A stretch of DNA of 64,000 nucleotides from Marsupella aquatica (taxonomy: Eukaryota > Plantae > Marchantiophyta). Location: positions 7,505,241 to 7,569,240 of the forward strand of contig OZ316899.1 of NCBI GenBank assembly GCA_973895155.1, written 5' to 3'. This document shows, piece by piece, positions 10,301 to 23,888 of the stretch. Within the stretch, counting starts at the first letter, position 1, and each line of letters begins with the position of its first letter. The notes under the pieces were generated by a model. It saw only the letters and a program-made list of their open reading frames with translations, was not told where the DNA came from and searched no databases. The position numbers and the translations under genes were made by a program.

Positions 10301-13144
10301 AGGGATTCATCCGATTACCATGGCGGTTAATCGAGATACCAGATGAGGATCTGTTGGACTTTGTGGGATGCTGGGAGGCTTCTTCCAACATGACGTTGCT
10401 GTATGGAAAGGTGTTTGAACGAACACCTACGCTTATCAAAGCTGTCTTCACTTTACCAACAGGAAGGAAGACCAAGGTGGAGCAGAGGAAGACGTTACCG
10501 GATGACCAGTTCAGGTCATTTACAGGGCCTTCCACTAAGAATGGGTTCTTCAGGAATCAATATACAAACTCGCATATAGGGCAGCTGATTGATTTCCTGA
10601 GAGTCACGTTGCATTGTACCTTGCCAAGAGCAAAACTCGGCAAAGCCCGGGTATTTTTGGTGGAGAATATCGATTCAAGCCAAGACTACAACGGCTATCT
10701 CTTAATGCAGTTGAAGAAGGCATTGAATGAAGAGAAGCAGAGTATTGGGGAAGGAGCGGTATCCAGACTAGGGTACCATCTGCAATTACTTTGCCAATAT
10801 GCAAGAAGCCAATCTTTTGCACTAGTGTTGCCTATATAGGAGCGGATGCCGATCATGCACCACTTGAGGAGATGGGGGAGGACAAGCAGCCCCTGAACAA
10901 GCGACGGCAAGAGAAGAGGTCGGCAATACAAGCAGTCCAGGGACGTGAGAATTCCCCTCCCAAGGAACCAGAGGTGGTAACATATGATGTGGTGAGAAAT
11001 CCACTACGACGGCCTACTCGTAATAACCCATATGCAGGCATTTACCTGGTAGAGAGGAAGATGACTGCCGAAGAAAGAAAGAAACGAGATGAGCAAATGG
11101 ATTTGGAGTCAGAAGATGGAAGCCGAGGCAGAAGTCCAAAGAGGCCAGTCCTTAGAGCTTCTAGCCCAGGCCGAAGTCTGGAGAGGCCAGTCCTTAGAGC
11201 TTCTAGTCAAGGCCAAAATCCGGAGAGGCCAGTCCTTAGAGCTTCTAGCCGGGCCCGAGTGGAGGAACCGGTGGAGGTAAATCAACCAGTGGCAGCCCAA
11301 CAATACTCAGAGGAGGAGATTGGGGGCTTTGCAGAAGAGGCCGACATGCTCGGTAGTTAGGTTAATGTGGATGACTATGACGATGATTTTGTCGATCATG
11401 GGGAGAGACCGGTGCCGGGAGTGAGAACGTTGGGAAGGTTTTGTAGAAGACTTCCCTCAGTCTTTTATGGCAAGCCAGAGGATCAAAAAACCCCAGAGTC
11501 TCCTCCACCGGACGTGACACCATTGGAATTTGACCGAATGAAGGAAGCCGAGGCAGGTCTAAAGGAGAAACGCGACAAGTGGAGGGCCCAAAATGACATG
11601 CAGGAACGGCAGCTACTAGACGGTGATTGATCGGAGAAAATAAGATGGCTTAGTGAGAAGCAGGCTGAACCTCTCACTGACTTTGATCAATTTCGGGCAG
11701 AAGCCTAGGAGAAACGGCCTTGTTGGCAGATGCCAGTATCACCTGGCAGGTCAAAATATGCCAGGGATCGGGCTAGGGAGTATGGAGACATGTGTGGACT
11801 GCTAGCCTTAGAAATCTTTGGCAATGAGTTAGAATCCGGACCATTTCTTAGAAAGGAAATGGCTGACCAAACAAGGTTGGAGGAGGCAATGACGTTGGAG
11901 CGATTAAAGAAAGAAGAGGTAATCGCTCGGCTTTGCTCCATGGAAGCTGAAGTTGCTAAGACGAAGTCTGATCAACCAACTCAGCAGGATCTCTTGGCTA
12001 AGCAGCAGGAATTGGAAGTGGCAAACAACCAATTGGAAAACTACCAATTGGATTACCAGCAGATCAAGGAAAAATTGACGAAGGTAGAGCTGGAGTTAGC
12101 CGATTCAAAAGATGAGGTACAGGGTCTAAATCGCCAAGTCGAGAGGCTTAGAAAGATGGCTAAGGAGCAGGCCACCCAGAGCGAGAAGGCCTTGGTAGAA
12201 GCCCAAAGGAAGTATGACAAGTTACTCGACCGGTTGGAGGCCATGCGTGAGAAGCATGAGGACGCCATTTGCACAGCGGCCAATGATCACCTAAGCCGAG
12301 TCCAACAGATATGCAAGGAGCTTTAGGAGGAGCTAATCAGCACAAAGCAGGCATGGACGGACGAGGTCACAAAGTTGGAAAGCATCAACGATTCCCAGAG
12401 AACCGCTTTGGATAAGCAGGAGTTTGAGATTGTGCAGATCTTAAACGAGGAGCTCAAGACGGCCAAAGAAGAGGCGCATCGGCTTAATGAGGAGGTTGAG
12501 GATTTATCCTAAGAGCTGGAGGAGGCCAAAGACAAGATGATCGGCTTGCAGAGGCTGCAGATAATCAAACGGAGAAGTTGTGAAAGTATGCCGAAGCCGG
12601 GCACGAATCACCAACTGGACGGGCTCCCGCTAGTGGCGTGGTCGCCGGGAATACTGAGGTGCCGAAGCCGACATCTATATTGTCAAGAGTAACTGGGGGT
12701 AAGGCAATATAGTTGGTTGCGGATCTGGCCAAAACATTCATGGGGCCAGCAAGTACTTCTGGGGTACCTCTCAAAGCCATGCCAGAAGAGGTTGAGAGTA
12801 TGGCTGCCCATATTTGTGGGACTGTTGCTACAAAGGCAGCCGTGGTAGAGATAAGTAATGCCGATGAACTTGGAGCTGCGGTAACAGGTTCAGACACTGG
12901 TACAGCCACCATGGACTACCAGAATGTGAAGCCGTGGAAGATCGATACAGAACGTATTGGAGAGCAGGCTTGGATTGAGGAAGTGAAGGCCAACGCTATC
13001 CAAGCCGTTTCCCAGGAGGATGCTGATGCCGTTGCTGATGCCGGGGCCGACAAACCAGAACCCAAAGTTAAAGGGATCAAGCCGGAGCCGATGGCAGGAG
13101 AAGGCGTAGAGTCAGAAGATTCGGGCTTACCCCCGGTCATCTGA
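10301..13144 (+). pseudogene. Family-B LTR accessory ORF, disrupted, N-terminus displaced by element A
   Basis: GFIRLPW...DLLDFVGCWE...GPSTKNGFFRN...SRLGYHL and the coiled coil are homologous to the family-A ORF. Confidence 0.85.
11121..11253 (+). repeat. 42-bp coding tandem repeat, 3 copies (RGRSPERPVLRASS)
   Basis: AGAGGCCAGTCCTTAGAGCTTCTAG core repeated with a 42-bp period. Confidence 0.92.
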
Positions 13145-14046
13145 CAATTAAGGAGGGCCAGTCATCGGTTGGAAGGAGGACGTGGCGGTAGGAGAAGGGC
13201 TTGGGCCAGAAGGGCGCGGCCGTTGTAGGATGGGACAGGGCGAGTAGCGCCTTGTCGGCTTAGGTAGTATTAGATGCTTGGTTCCCACAGGGTTCCGGGC
13301 TAGTCAAGTTTTTTAGGTGATAGTTTTTTTAGTTGGATTATTGCGGTGGAAGGCCGTGAGTTGTGGTTAGGATTTCCGCCTTTTCCCCTGAATGCGCTGC
13401 AAGGATAAAAACCTGGGCAGTGTGGCTCGAGGGGCTTTTTCTTAGTCAAGACTCTAGTGTAAAGTCAGTATTGCTAGCATACAGCTCTCGGCTAAATCTA
13501 GACCACGGATTATCAGTAAACCACAAATTTCCATTTCTGTGCAATTGTTTGAATTGAGTTGGCCTTGTTGCCTAGTTCGCAGATTCTTGCAATCATGGCG
13601 TTGTGTGTTGTGATACTTGTCGCTTGATCGATTTGAGTCAGTTAGAGCGATATTGTGAAGCTATACAATCGCATTGTCTTGATTGGAGACAGCCAAACCA
13701 AACTCTGAGAGAAAAGTGAGGATTGAGAGTGTTTTGTTGGTTAAAGTGTGGGTTGAGTCGGTCTGAGAAAAACCTTCAGCCGGCTTAAGAGATTAAGCCG
13801 TAGAGGTACATTCCGGGGGCGGATTACAAACATACCCAACGAAGTCAATTGAGAATTAGGTGTCACAGCAATGCACAATTAGCAAGCCCAGTGAAAGAAT
13901 TGGTCCAGCATAGTGTGGATTGAGAGTAGATCGTGTTTCGAAGCCGAATGGTAGCCAAACCACCATAAGCCGACCATAAGTAGGGGTTTATTGCTGGAGG
14001 CAGATGGTTCTTGGGGTTAGAGGTGTTGGGAAACGCGCCACATTTT

Positions 14047-14064
14047 TGGCGCTAGATGGAGGGG
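14047..14064 (+). promoter_or_regulatory. PBS of element B (probable tRNA-Asn)
   Basis: TGGCGCTAGATGGAGGGG 4 nt after the LTR end. Confidence 0.8.
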
Positions 14065-14105
14065 GCATTCTTACTTATGAATTGTGTGCTACGCAGGGAT
14101 AGGTG

Positions 14106-17100
14106 ATGAATGAATTCACACCAAGGGAAGGTTGAGCAGCACAAAGGGAAGAATCGCGGTTGCAACAAATTCATAAGTGGAAGGAGTCACTGAGAGTGAA
14201 GGTTGTAACCGGCAACGGTGGTTCACAAAGTGCTTTAGAAGAGGAACTGGTGAGTGAAGAAGGGGATCTGTCGAGTAGCAAAGCGCCCAGTACCCAACCC
14301 AGTTCACCAGTGCAAGAAATGGGTGAGCCGGATCCACAATTTGGTGGGCGAGCAGCACCACGACTCAACCAGAGATCACGAATCCATTATAAGGCATTTC
14401 ATGGAAAGCACGAGGAGGATCCGGATGACTGGCTTGAGGAGTTTGATGGGACTGCAACTGCTAATGGAGAGTCTGCTATCAAGATGCAGATCTTACCCGG
14501 GTTGTTTAAGGGTGAGGCTCGACCATGGTACTCCAATTTGGAACTAGGGGAGCAGAATGAATGGGTCACCTTCAAGCAGTTGTTTGTCAAGGAATTCCGT
14601 CCCATTGGGACGTCTGAATTGGCAATGTTGAAGCTAGGACGGCTTCAATTCAAGGAGAACAAGTCTTTTTGGAAATTTTTGCAGCGATTCCACAAATTGG
14701 TGCGACGAACCAAGACCAATGCATCAGACGAAATGCAGTTGCAGTGGTTGGTTAATGCCCTACCGCAAAAGATGAGTTTCACAATTGGGAAGGGGAATCC
14801 GGAGTCTCTAGCCAAAGTAATCCGTGATATTCAGCTCTACATCAATGCAGATATCACGAGCAGGAAAAAACACTATAAATCTGAGGACTCATCTTCTGAC
14901 GAGGGATCAGGCAAGGAAAAGGCCAAGAAGAGGCGATCCAAGAAAGCCAAGGAGGAGAGTAGTAGCTCTGAGAGTGATACCAGTAAGAGTGAAACATCTT
15001 CCAGTTTAGGATGATGAAAAGAGTAAAAAAAAGAAAATCAAGAAGAAAGAGAAGGTTGCAGAAAAGGTGAAAACCAAGTTGGATCCTAAGAAAGCATCTT
15101 CGGATCAATTGACAGCGATCACAGAGCAGTTAAAAACGTTATTAGCCAACTCCCAGCCGAAGAAGAAGGAGGCAGCCGATGACACCTCAATATGGTGTGC
15201 TCACTGTTATACAACCGGACACCACAAGGATGTCTGTCCAAAGCGTGGTACAAAGCATGTTCGATTGATAACCGAGGGAACAATAGGAGAGTTGGAAGTG
15301 GAGTACATACTTGGAGATGCCGCAGATAGTGTGTTCGGCATCAGTGAGGCCGAAGCCCGAGATTTGGCTAACCGACCCACTTCTTTGTGGGGAGCATTGA
15401 GAACCAATGCAGGGGAGATGTATCCCCGCATCATTCAAAATCCAACTACACCTCCACAACCAAATGTTCATAGATTTGCAGCATGCTACAACTGCGGTCA
15501 ACCAAGTCACTTCTCGCGGGAGTGCACCAATGCAAGGAAGCAGGCGGATGGTCAGCCAGTCAATCTTTGTATGGGTTGCAAAGGAGAAGGGCATATACTT
15601 ACCCAATGCCCTATTTGGTTAGCCGGGATGGCTGCTGTACCTGTCAAACCCGCACCAAAGGTACTGTCAACAGGAACTATGGTAGGAGGAGCCCAGGTAA
15701 ATCATATTGACTTAGGATGGCATGAAGAAACACGAGGGGAATTTGCACCTTCTGACGATGAAGCAGACACCCTGTCCACTTATTCCGAAGAAGAGGTTGA
15801 TGCCAATTGTTACCGTGTGTCCACTAGATCCACTAGAAGGAAGCAAAGGTGGGAGGGGATTACCAAGAAAAAGAAGCCATGGAAAGAAGATGCGTCTGAT
15901 TCCACGTCTTCGGATTCTAACGGCAAGGCCCCTGTCACTGAGGACCCGCAAGTTGTACCTGGTGATCCCAGTCCTTCCCAGGATAGTGATTTTGATTGAA
16001 CGCATCCTAGTTTATTTTTTCCGGCAGTCACGGCTAGTGTGAAGGAGCAGTTGGTAGAGCTGGAAAAGGACGAGAATGAGGTTGCACTCCAGAAGGATAT
16101 TAAGAGAGCTGGCAAGCGGATGAAGGAGGAAATTGTTTCCGCTTCAATGAAAACAGTGGAGGACAGAAGTGTGTCACCACTGACTTCACCAAGCACACCT
16201 TTGAACCAAAGGAACCAGAATCATTACCAACTCAGGAGAATCCTCTTAGAGCAATTAAATTACCCCAGGAGGATGACACAGGGAAACAGCTGGTGCCATA
16301 CAACTTGGCAAAGGATGTGTTGGAATCACGCGTTACGGCTACTGTGGGTCAATTATTAAAAAATAGCCCGTATTTTCAGAAGCAGTTGAAAAAAGCCATT
16401 GCTGGGAAGCCGAGGCTTCCTAGAGTAGCAACTCGTACGGATGTCATGATGATTCAAGAGGATAGGGGAGCCCCTTGCTTACCAGTCATCATCAATAAAG
16501 AAAAGGTTATGCATGTACCAATCGATGGAGGGTCTGGGATATGCATACTCATTGATTCAACAGCGGCGGCTTGGGGATTCAAACCAGAATTGATAGGAAG
16601 GGTGCTGAATATGGCCAATGGCTATCAGGTAGTTCCCACTGGCATTCTTAAAGGAATACGCACAAAGATTGGTGGTATTGCATTCAGCATCAATTACATT
16701 GTGATGAAGCCGGTGAACCCTACCTCTTTTCGGGTGTTGATAGGACGACCCTGGTTGTACCTTGCAAAAGTTGTGGAAAATTGGGGCACAAAACAGTTTA
16801 CATTTGGAACTCCACCTATTACCATGTCATGGGAGGTAGAGGATGAAGCAGCCAGGTTGATTTGTGAAGCAGACGGTTATGATACTGGGTTAGAATCTGC
16901 TGATGATGTGCGTTGGCTGGAATGCTTATCAGGGTTATCAGAAGCGAGTGTGTTTGGACCTGACACACCTCCCAGCGGACTTTGGATGGGAGACACAGAT
17001 TCCATGCGGCCAATCGTTCTGGAAATTGAGGAAGAGCCCATTTCAATTCCACTAATGTTAGCAAGGAAGAGTTGGATGGAACCTATCATAGAGGAAGGCG

Positions 17101-17408
17101 ATTCAGAATACCAGGAAGTCCCGGCTGACAGCTACTTCGCAATTGAGGCCACCTTTTTGGAATCAATTATCATGGATAAAGAAACCAAATCACAGGTTCA
17201 AGTGGAGGAACTTGTTCTATCAAAGGATCCCAACGCCATGATGGTGGATTTTCATCAAGCGCTATGGCACAGTGGCCGGAGTCGGCAGCGCTGGTTGATG
17301 AAAAGGTCACTCCGATTACAAAGACTCACTCGGCAGACCAGGCAACTACATAGACAAATCAGGAGGCATTGCAGTCAATTTGAGAAGGGGTACCTGCTCT
17401 CACAATAA
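14106..17408 (+). pseudogene. gag: gag-protease of element B
   Basis: MNEFTPRE start homologous to A; three CCHC knuckles; PIDGGSG; stops and frameshifts. Confidence 0.9.
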
Positions 17409-20206
17409 ATAAGGTGAGTTTGGAGTCAATTGTTCCGAGCGGACTAAGGTGTCGGCCGGCTACTAAAAAATGAGGCTGAAGATGCTAAGGCTAAAAGGGA
17501 AGCCGAAGCCGAACTGATCTACTCCAGTGGAGATCAACACCATCATTGAAGAAGTTACTTCTTCCGGTGGGGAGTCAACAGCGGAGGTGATGGAAGCAAC
17601 CACGGAGCCCGAAATTCCAGTATATGGAGGAATGAGGTTGGACAGGTTGGAAGCAGACCTAGATCCAAATCTAAAGAAGCAAATCAACATGATTCAGTCA
17701 AAGCAATACAGGAAGCTTAAAGTGGGCGACGGTCGGGAGGTAAATCTGGGTAGGGATCTTGCTCCCAAAATCAAAAAGGAGATCAGTGAGTTACTAATGG
17801 AATACCAGGATGTTTTTGCTTGGAGTCACCTTGATTTACAAGGAGTGGACCCAAAATTGGGGAAGCATCGGATTGACCTTATGTTGGGAACCAAATCATT
17901 TCGGCAACCAATGAGGAGGATGAATCCAAAGTATTCATTGTTGGTAAAAGCAGAAATTAACAAGTTGGTAGAAGCCGGCTTCATTACACCAGTTCTCCAT
18001 TCGGACTGGGTGTCTCCTATCATCATTGTACCCAAGAAGGCATGACCGGATGGCAAGCCGAAGATAAGGGTTTGCCAGGATTATAGGAAGCTTAACGACG
18101 CCACTTTAAAGGATCACTTTCCTTTACCTTTTACTGATATGGTGTTAGACACTGTAGCCAGCCATGAGCTGTATTCTTTCATGGATGGCTACTCTGGATA
18201 TCAGAATAAGGCAGGAGGATCAGATCAAAACCGCCTTTATTACGGAGTGGGGAATTTATGTATTCAATCGGATGCCGTTTGGATTGTGTAATGCGCCAGC
18301 TATGTTCCAAAGGTTGATGGTTAACATATTTCACGACTACCTAAGGAAATTCCTGGAGATATTCATCGATGATTTTGCTGTGTTTGGGAAGGCGTCCAAA
18401 CATGCCAAGTACTTACGCAGAACCTTTGAAAGGTGCAGACAGGTGGGACTGAAGCTACATCCAGATAAATGTTTCTTTGGAGTAACTCAGGGGGTCCTGC
18501 TTGGTCACAAGGTGTCCAAGAAGGGTATCAAAATTGACAAGGGAAAATTAGCCGTGTGGCTCGATATCATGCAGCCCAAGAATATAAAAGATGTCAGATC
18601 TTTCTTGGGTTGTATTGGTTACTATCGAAGGTTTATCAAGGATTTTGCCAAGCTAGCACTTCCGTTAACCAACATGCTCAAAACAGGTTCAGATTTTGAA
18701 GCAACACCTGAACGGGTTACTGCGGTGGTACAGTTGAAGCAAAAGTTGGTTGAAGCACCCGTCATGATGGCGCCTGATTGGAATAAGGATTTTCATGTGT
18801 TTGTGGATGTTTCAGGGTTCTGCATCGGCTCCGTTCTAAGTCAGTTAGACGATAAGGGAAAAAACCACCCCATCTATTTTGCAAGCCGACAGTAGTTGTA
18901 GTTGTAGCCGAGCAGACTACACAACTATAGAGAGGGAGGCGCTGGGGTCATTTACTCATGTAAGAAGTTTTGACACTACTTATTAGGTTACCGGGTGATC
19001 TTTCATACAAATCATGAAAGTTTGAAGTACCTTGTAAACAAGCCGGATCTTACAGGACGAGTGGCCCGATGGATATTGCTATTGCAGGAATTCGATTATG
19101 AATTAAGGGTTAAACTGGGGAAGTTACATGCAAATGCAGATTTCTTCTCCAGGATACCCGGTGACCCGGCATCAGATTGCATTGACGACCGATTTCCGGA
19201 TGAGGAGTTATTTCAAGTCAAGGATTCGACTACTTGGTACTCAGAGATATTGGGATTTCTAAGTATAGCAAGGTTGAATAGGGCTTGGACCAGAGAACAA
19301 CAGGCGGTTTTCTTACGAAAGGCAGCTCGCTACCAGACCATTCATGGGGTGTTGCACAGGATGGGAGCATTTGGTAAGCTTCAGCGATGTTTGGAAAAAG
19401 ATGATGCCCGGAAAGCAATGGAAGCAATGCATGGAGAGGAGGCCGGAGGTCATTTTGCACCAGTAGTGACTACTCGCAAAATATTGGATGCCAGTTACTG
19501 GTGGCCAACTCTGCACAAGGATGTCCATAAATTCATTAGGGAATGTGATCCTTGCCAAAGGGCGGGGGGACCAAGGGCTGCCAGTAGACATCCACTGCAT
19601 CCAGTTTTACCCCTTACTGCATTTGAAAAGTGGGGGATCGATTACATTGGGCCTCTAAAGCCAAAAACTTATCCTCGGAGGAATAAGTACATCATCCTGG
19701 CCACTGATTATGCCACCAAATGGGTAGAGGCTAGGCCGACAATGAAGGATGATGCTGTTACAACTGCTCGATTTTTATACGAGCAGATTTTTACTCGGTA
19801 TGGGGCACCTCTAGAGCTGGTCAGTGATCGGGGGACTCATTTTTTGAATGATGTTGTCGGACGGCTTAATGAGCAATACTTGGTTCGGCATTGGCCTACA
19901 ACTCCCTACCATCCGAAGGCCAATGGACTTACCAAAAGAGCGAATGGAATCATTGGTAAGATACTAAATAAGACAGTATCAGAGCACAAGGATGATTGGG
20001 ATGATAAGCTGTACGCTGCTATTTTTGCTTATAATTTGGCCTACAAAACAACCACAGGACACACACCTTATTTCCTAACATTTGGGCAGGAGGTCTTGGT
20101 GCCAATAGAATTGGAAGTTCCCACATATCGTGTTACCATACGAGAACGTCTAAATGAGGCAGAGAGTAGGGAAGCAAGGTTGTACCAACTGGAGGGATTG
20201 GAGGAA
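17246..20206 (+). pseudogene. pol: pol of element B (RT, RNase H, C-terminally truncated integrase)
   Basis: FIDD catalytic motif, RNase H and integrase core. QLEGLEE is fused in frame to VEQRK of the LTR ORF at about 20207. Confidence 0.92.
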
Positions 20207-23200
20207 GTGGAGCAGAGGAAGATGTTGTCGGATGACCAGTTCAGGTCATTTCCAGGGCCTTCCACTAAGAATGGGTTCTTCAGGAATCAATGTACAAACT
20301 CGCATATAGGGCAGCTGATTGATTTCCTGAGCGTCACGTTGCATTGTACCTTGCCGAGAGCAGAAATCGGCAAAGCCCAAGTATTTTTGGTGGAGAATAT
20401 CGATTCAAGCCGAGACTACAATGGCTATCTCTTAATGCAGTTGAAGAAGGCATTGAATGAAGAGAAGTTGAGTATTGGGGAAGGAGCGGTATCCAGACTA
20501 GGGTACCATCTGCAATTACTTTGACAATATGCAAGAAGCCAGTTTTTTGCACCAGTGTTGCCTATACAGGAGCGGATGCCGATCACTACACCACTTGAGG
20601 AGATGGGGGAGGACGAGCAGTCCCTGAACAAGCGACGGCAAGAGAAGAAGTCGGCAATACAGGCAATCCAAGGATGGGAGAATTCCCCTCTCAAGGAACC
20701 AGAGGTGGTAACATATGATGTGGTGAGAAATCTGCTGCGACGGCCTACTCATAATAACCCATATGCAGGTATTCAACTGGTAGAGAGGAAGATGAATGCC
20801 GAAGAAAGAAAGAAATGAGATGAGCAAATGGATTCGAAGTCAAAAGGTGGAAGCCCAGGCTGAAGTCCGGAGAGGCCAGTCCTTAGAGCTTCTAGCCGAG
20901 GCTGAAGTCCACAGAGGCCAGTCCTTAGAGCTTCGAGCCGAGGCCGAAGTCCGGAGAGGCCAGTCCTTAGAGCTTCTAGCCCAGGCCGAAGTTTGGAGAG
21001 GCCAGTCCTTAGAGCTTCTAGCCGAGGCTGAAGTCCAGAGAGGCCAGTCCTTAGAGCTTCTAGCCGAGGCCAAAGTCCAGAGAGGCCAGTCCTTAGAGCT
21101 TCTAGCCGGGCCCGAGTGGAGGGACCGGTGGAGGTAAATCAACCAGTGGCAGCCCAACAATACTCAGAGGAGGAGATTGGGGGCTTTGCAGAAGAGGCCG
21201 GCATGCTCAGTAGTCAGGTTAATGTGGATGACTACGACGATGATTCTGTCGATCATGGGGAGAGACCGGTGCCGGGAGTGAGAACGTTGGGAAGGTTTTG
21301 TAGAAGACTTCCCTCAGTCTTTTATGGCAAGCCAGAGGATCAAAAAACCCCAGAGTCTCCTCCACCGGACGTGACACCATTGGAATTTGACCGAATGAAG
21401 GAAGCCGAGCCAGGTCTGAAGGAGAAACTCGACGAGTGGAGGGCCCGAAATGACATGCAGGAACGACAGCTACGAGGCGGTGATTGGCCGGAGGAAATAA
21501 GACGGCTTAGTGAGAAGCAGGTTGAACCTCTCACTGACTTTGATCAATTACGGGCAGAAGCCTGGGAGAAACGGCCTTGTTGGCAGATGCCAGTATCACC
21601 TGGCAAGTCAAAATATGCCAGGGATCGGGCTAGGGAGTATGGAGACATGTGTGGACTGCTAGCCTTAGAAATTTTCGGCAATGAGTTAGAATCCGGACCA
21701 TTTCTTAGAAAGGAAATGGCTCACCAAACAAGGTTGGAGGAGGCAATGACGTTGGAGCGATTAAAGAAAGAAGAGGTAATCGCTCGGCTTCGCTCCATGG
21801 AAGCCAAAGTTGCTAAGACAAAGTCTGATCAACCAACTTAGCAGGATCTCTTGGCTGAGCAACAGGAATTGGAAGTGGCGAACAACCAATTGGAAAACTA
21901 CCAGCAGATCAAGGAAAAATTGACGAAGGTAGAGCTGGAGTTAGCCGATTCAAAAGCAGAGGTACAGGGTCTAAATTGCCAAGTTGAGAGGCTCAGAAAG
22001 ATGGCTAAGGAGCAGGCCACCCAGAGCGAGAAGGCCTTGGTAGAAGCCCAAAGGAAGTATGACAAGTTACTCGACCGGTTGGAGGCCATGCGTGAGAAGC
22101 ATGAGGACGCCATTTGCACAGCGGCCAATGATCACCTAAGCCGAGTCCAACAGATACGCAAGGAGCTTCAGGAGGAGCTAATCAGGACAAAGCAGGCATG
22201 GATGGACGAGGTCATAAAGCTGGAAAGCATCAACGATTCCCAAAGAACCGCTTTGGATAAGTAGGAGTTTGAGATTGTGCAGATCTTAAACGAGGAGCTC
22301 AAGACGGCCAAAGAAGAGGCGCACCGGCTTAATGAGGAGGTTGAGGATTTATCCCAAGAGCTGGAGGAGGCCAAAGACAAGATGATCGGCTTGCAAAGGC
22401 ATGCAGATAATCAAACAGAGAAGTTGCAAAAGTATGCCGAAGCCAAGCACGAATCACCAACTGGACGGGCTCCCGCTAGTGGCGTGGTCGCCGGGAATAC
22501 TGAGGTGCCAAAGCCGACATCTATATTGTTAAGAGTAACTGGGGGTAAGGCAATACAGTTGGTTGCAGATCTGGCCAAAACATTCATGGGGCCAGTAGGT
22601 ACTTATGGGGTACCTCTCAAAGCCACGCCAGAAGAGGTTGAGAGTATGGCCGCCCACATTTGTGGGACTGTTGCTACAAAGGCAGCCGTGGTAGAGATAA
22701 GTAATGCCGATGAACTTGGAGCTGCGGTAACAGGTTCAGACACTGGTACAGCCACCATGGACTACCAGAATGTGAAGCCGTGGAAGATCAATACAGAACG
22801 TATTGGAGAGCAGGCTTGGATTGAGGAAGTGAAGGCCAACGCTATCCAAGCCGTTTCCCAAGAGGATGCCGATGCCGCTGCCGATGCCGGGGCCGACAAA
22901 CCAGAACCCAAAGTTAAAGGGATCAAGCCGGAGCCGATGGTAGGAGAAGGCGTAGAGTCAGAAGATTCGGGCTTACCCCCGATCATCTAACAATTAAGGA
23001 GGGCCAGTCATCGGTTGGAAGGAGGACGTGGCGGTAGGAGAAGGGCTTGGGCCAGAAGGGCGCGGCCGTTGTAGGATGGGATAGGGCAAGTAGCGCCCTG
23101 TCGGCTTAGGCAGTATTAGATGCTCGGTTCCCACAGGGTTTCGGGCTAGTCAAGTTTTTTAGGTGATAGTTTTTTTAGTTGGATTATTGCGGTGGAAGGC

Positions 23201-23888
23201 CGTGAGTTGTGGTTAGGATTTCCGCCTTTTCCCCTGAATGCGCTGCAAGGATAAAAACCTGGGCAGCGTGGCTCGGGGAGCTTTTTCTTAGTCAAGACTC
23301 TAGTGTAAAGTCAGTATTGCTAGCATACAGCTCTCGGCTAAATCTAGACCGCAGATTATCAGTAAACCACAAATTTCCATTTTTGTGCAATTGTTTGAAT
23401 TGAGTTGGCCTTGTTGCCTAGTTCGCAGATTCTTGCAATCATGGCGTTGTGTGTTGTGATACTTGTCACTTGATCAATTTGAGTCGGTTAGAGCGATATT
23501 GTGAAGCTATACGATCGCATTGTCTCGATTGGAGACTGCCAAACCAAACTCTGAGAGAAAAGTGAGGATTGAGAGTGTTTTGTTGGTTAAAGTGTGGGTT
23601 GAGTCGGTCTGAGAAAAACCTTTAGCCGGCTTAAGAGATTAAGCCGTAGAGGTACATTCTGGGGGCGGAATACAAACATACCCGACAAAGTCAATTGAGA
23701 ATTAGGTGTCACAGCAATGCACAATTAGCAAGCCCAGTGAAAGAATGGGTCCAGCATAGTGTGGATCGAGAGTAGATCGCATTTCCAAGCCAAATGGTAG
23801 CCAAACCACCATAAGCCGACCATAAGTAGGGGTTTATTGCCAGAGGCGGATGGTTCTTGGGGTTAGAGGTGTTGGGAAATGCGCCACA
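20207..23888 (+). repeat. 3' LTR of element B (5'-truncated); accessory ORF remnant 20207-22990
   Basis: Repeat of 10478-14042; ends GCGCCACA. Confidence 0.9.
20853..21110 (+). repeat. 42-bp tandem repeat, 6 copies
   Basis: Same unit as 11121-11253. Confidence 0.92.

Larger units (their letters stand above)
10301..14042 (+). repeat. 5' LTR of element B (part within the window)
   Basis: About 96% identical by eye to 20207-23888 over the non-coding part; ends in CA before TTTT-PBS. Confidence 0.9.
10301..23888 (+). mobile_element. Element B: second Athila-like giant-LTR family, decayed; 5' LTR interrupted by A; integrase end, PPT and start of the 3' LTR deleted
   Basis: Direct repeats 10478-14042 and 20207-23888 end in GCGCCACA; same PBS as A; RT motifs DHFPLPF, FMDGYSG, MPFGLCNAP, EIFIDDF; no additional archaeal-type RNase H seen. 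Confidence 0.92.
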
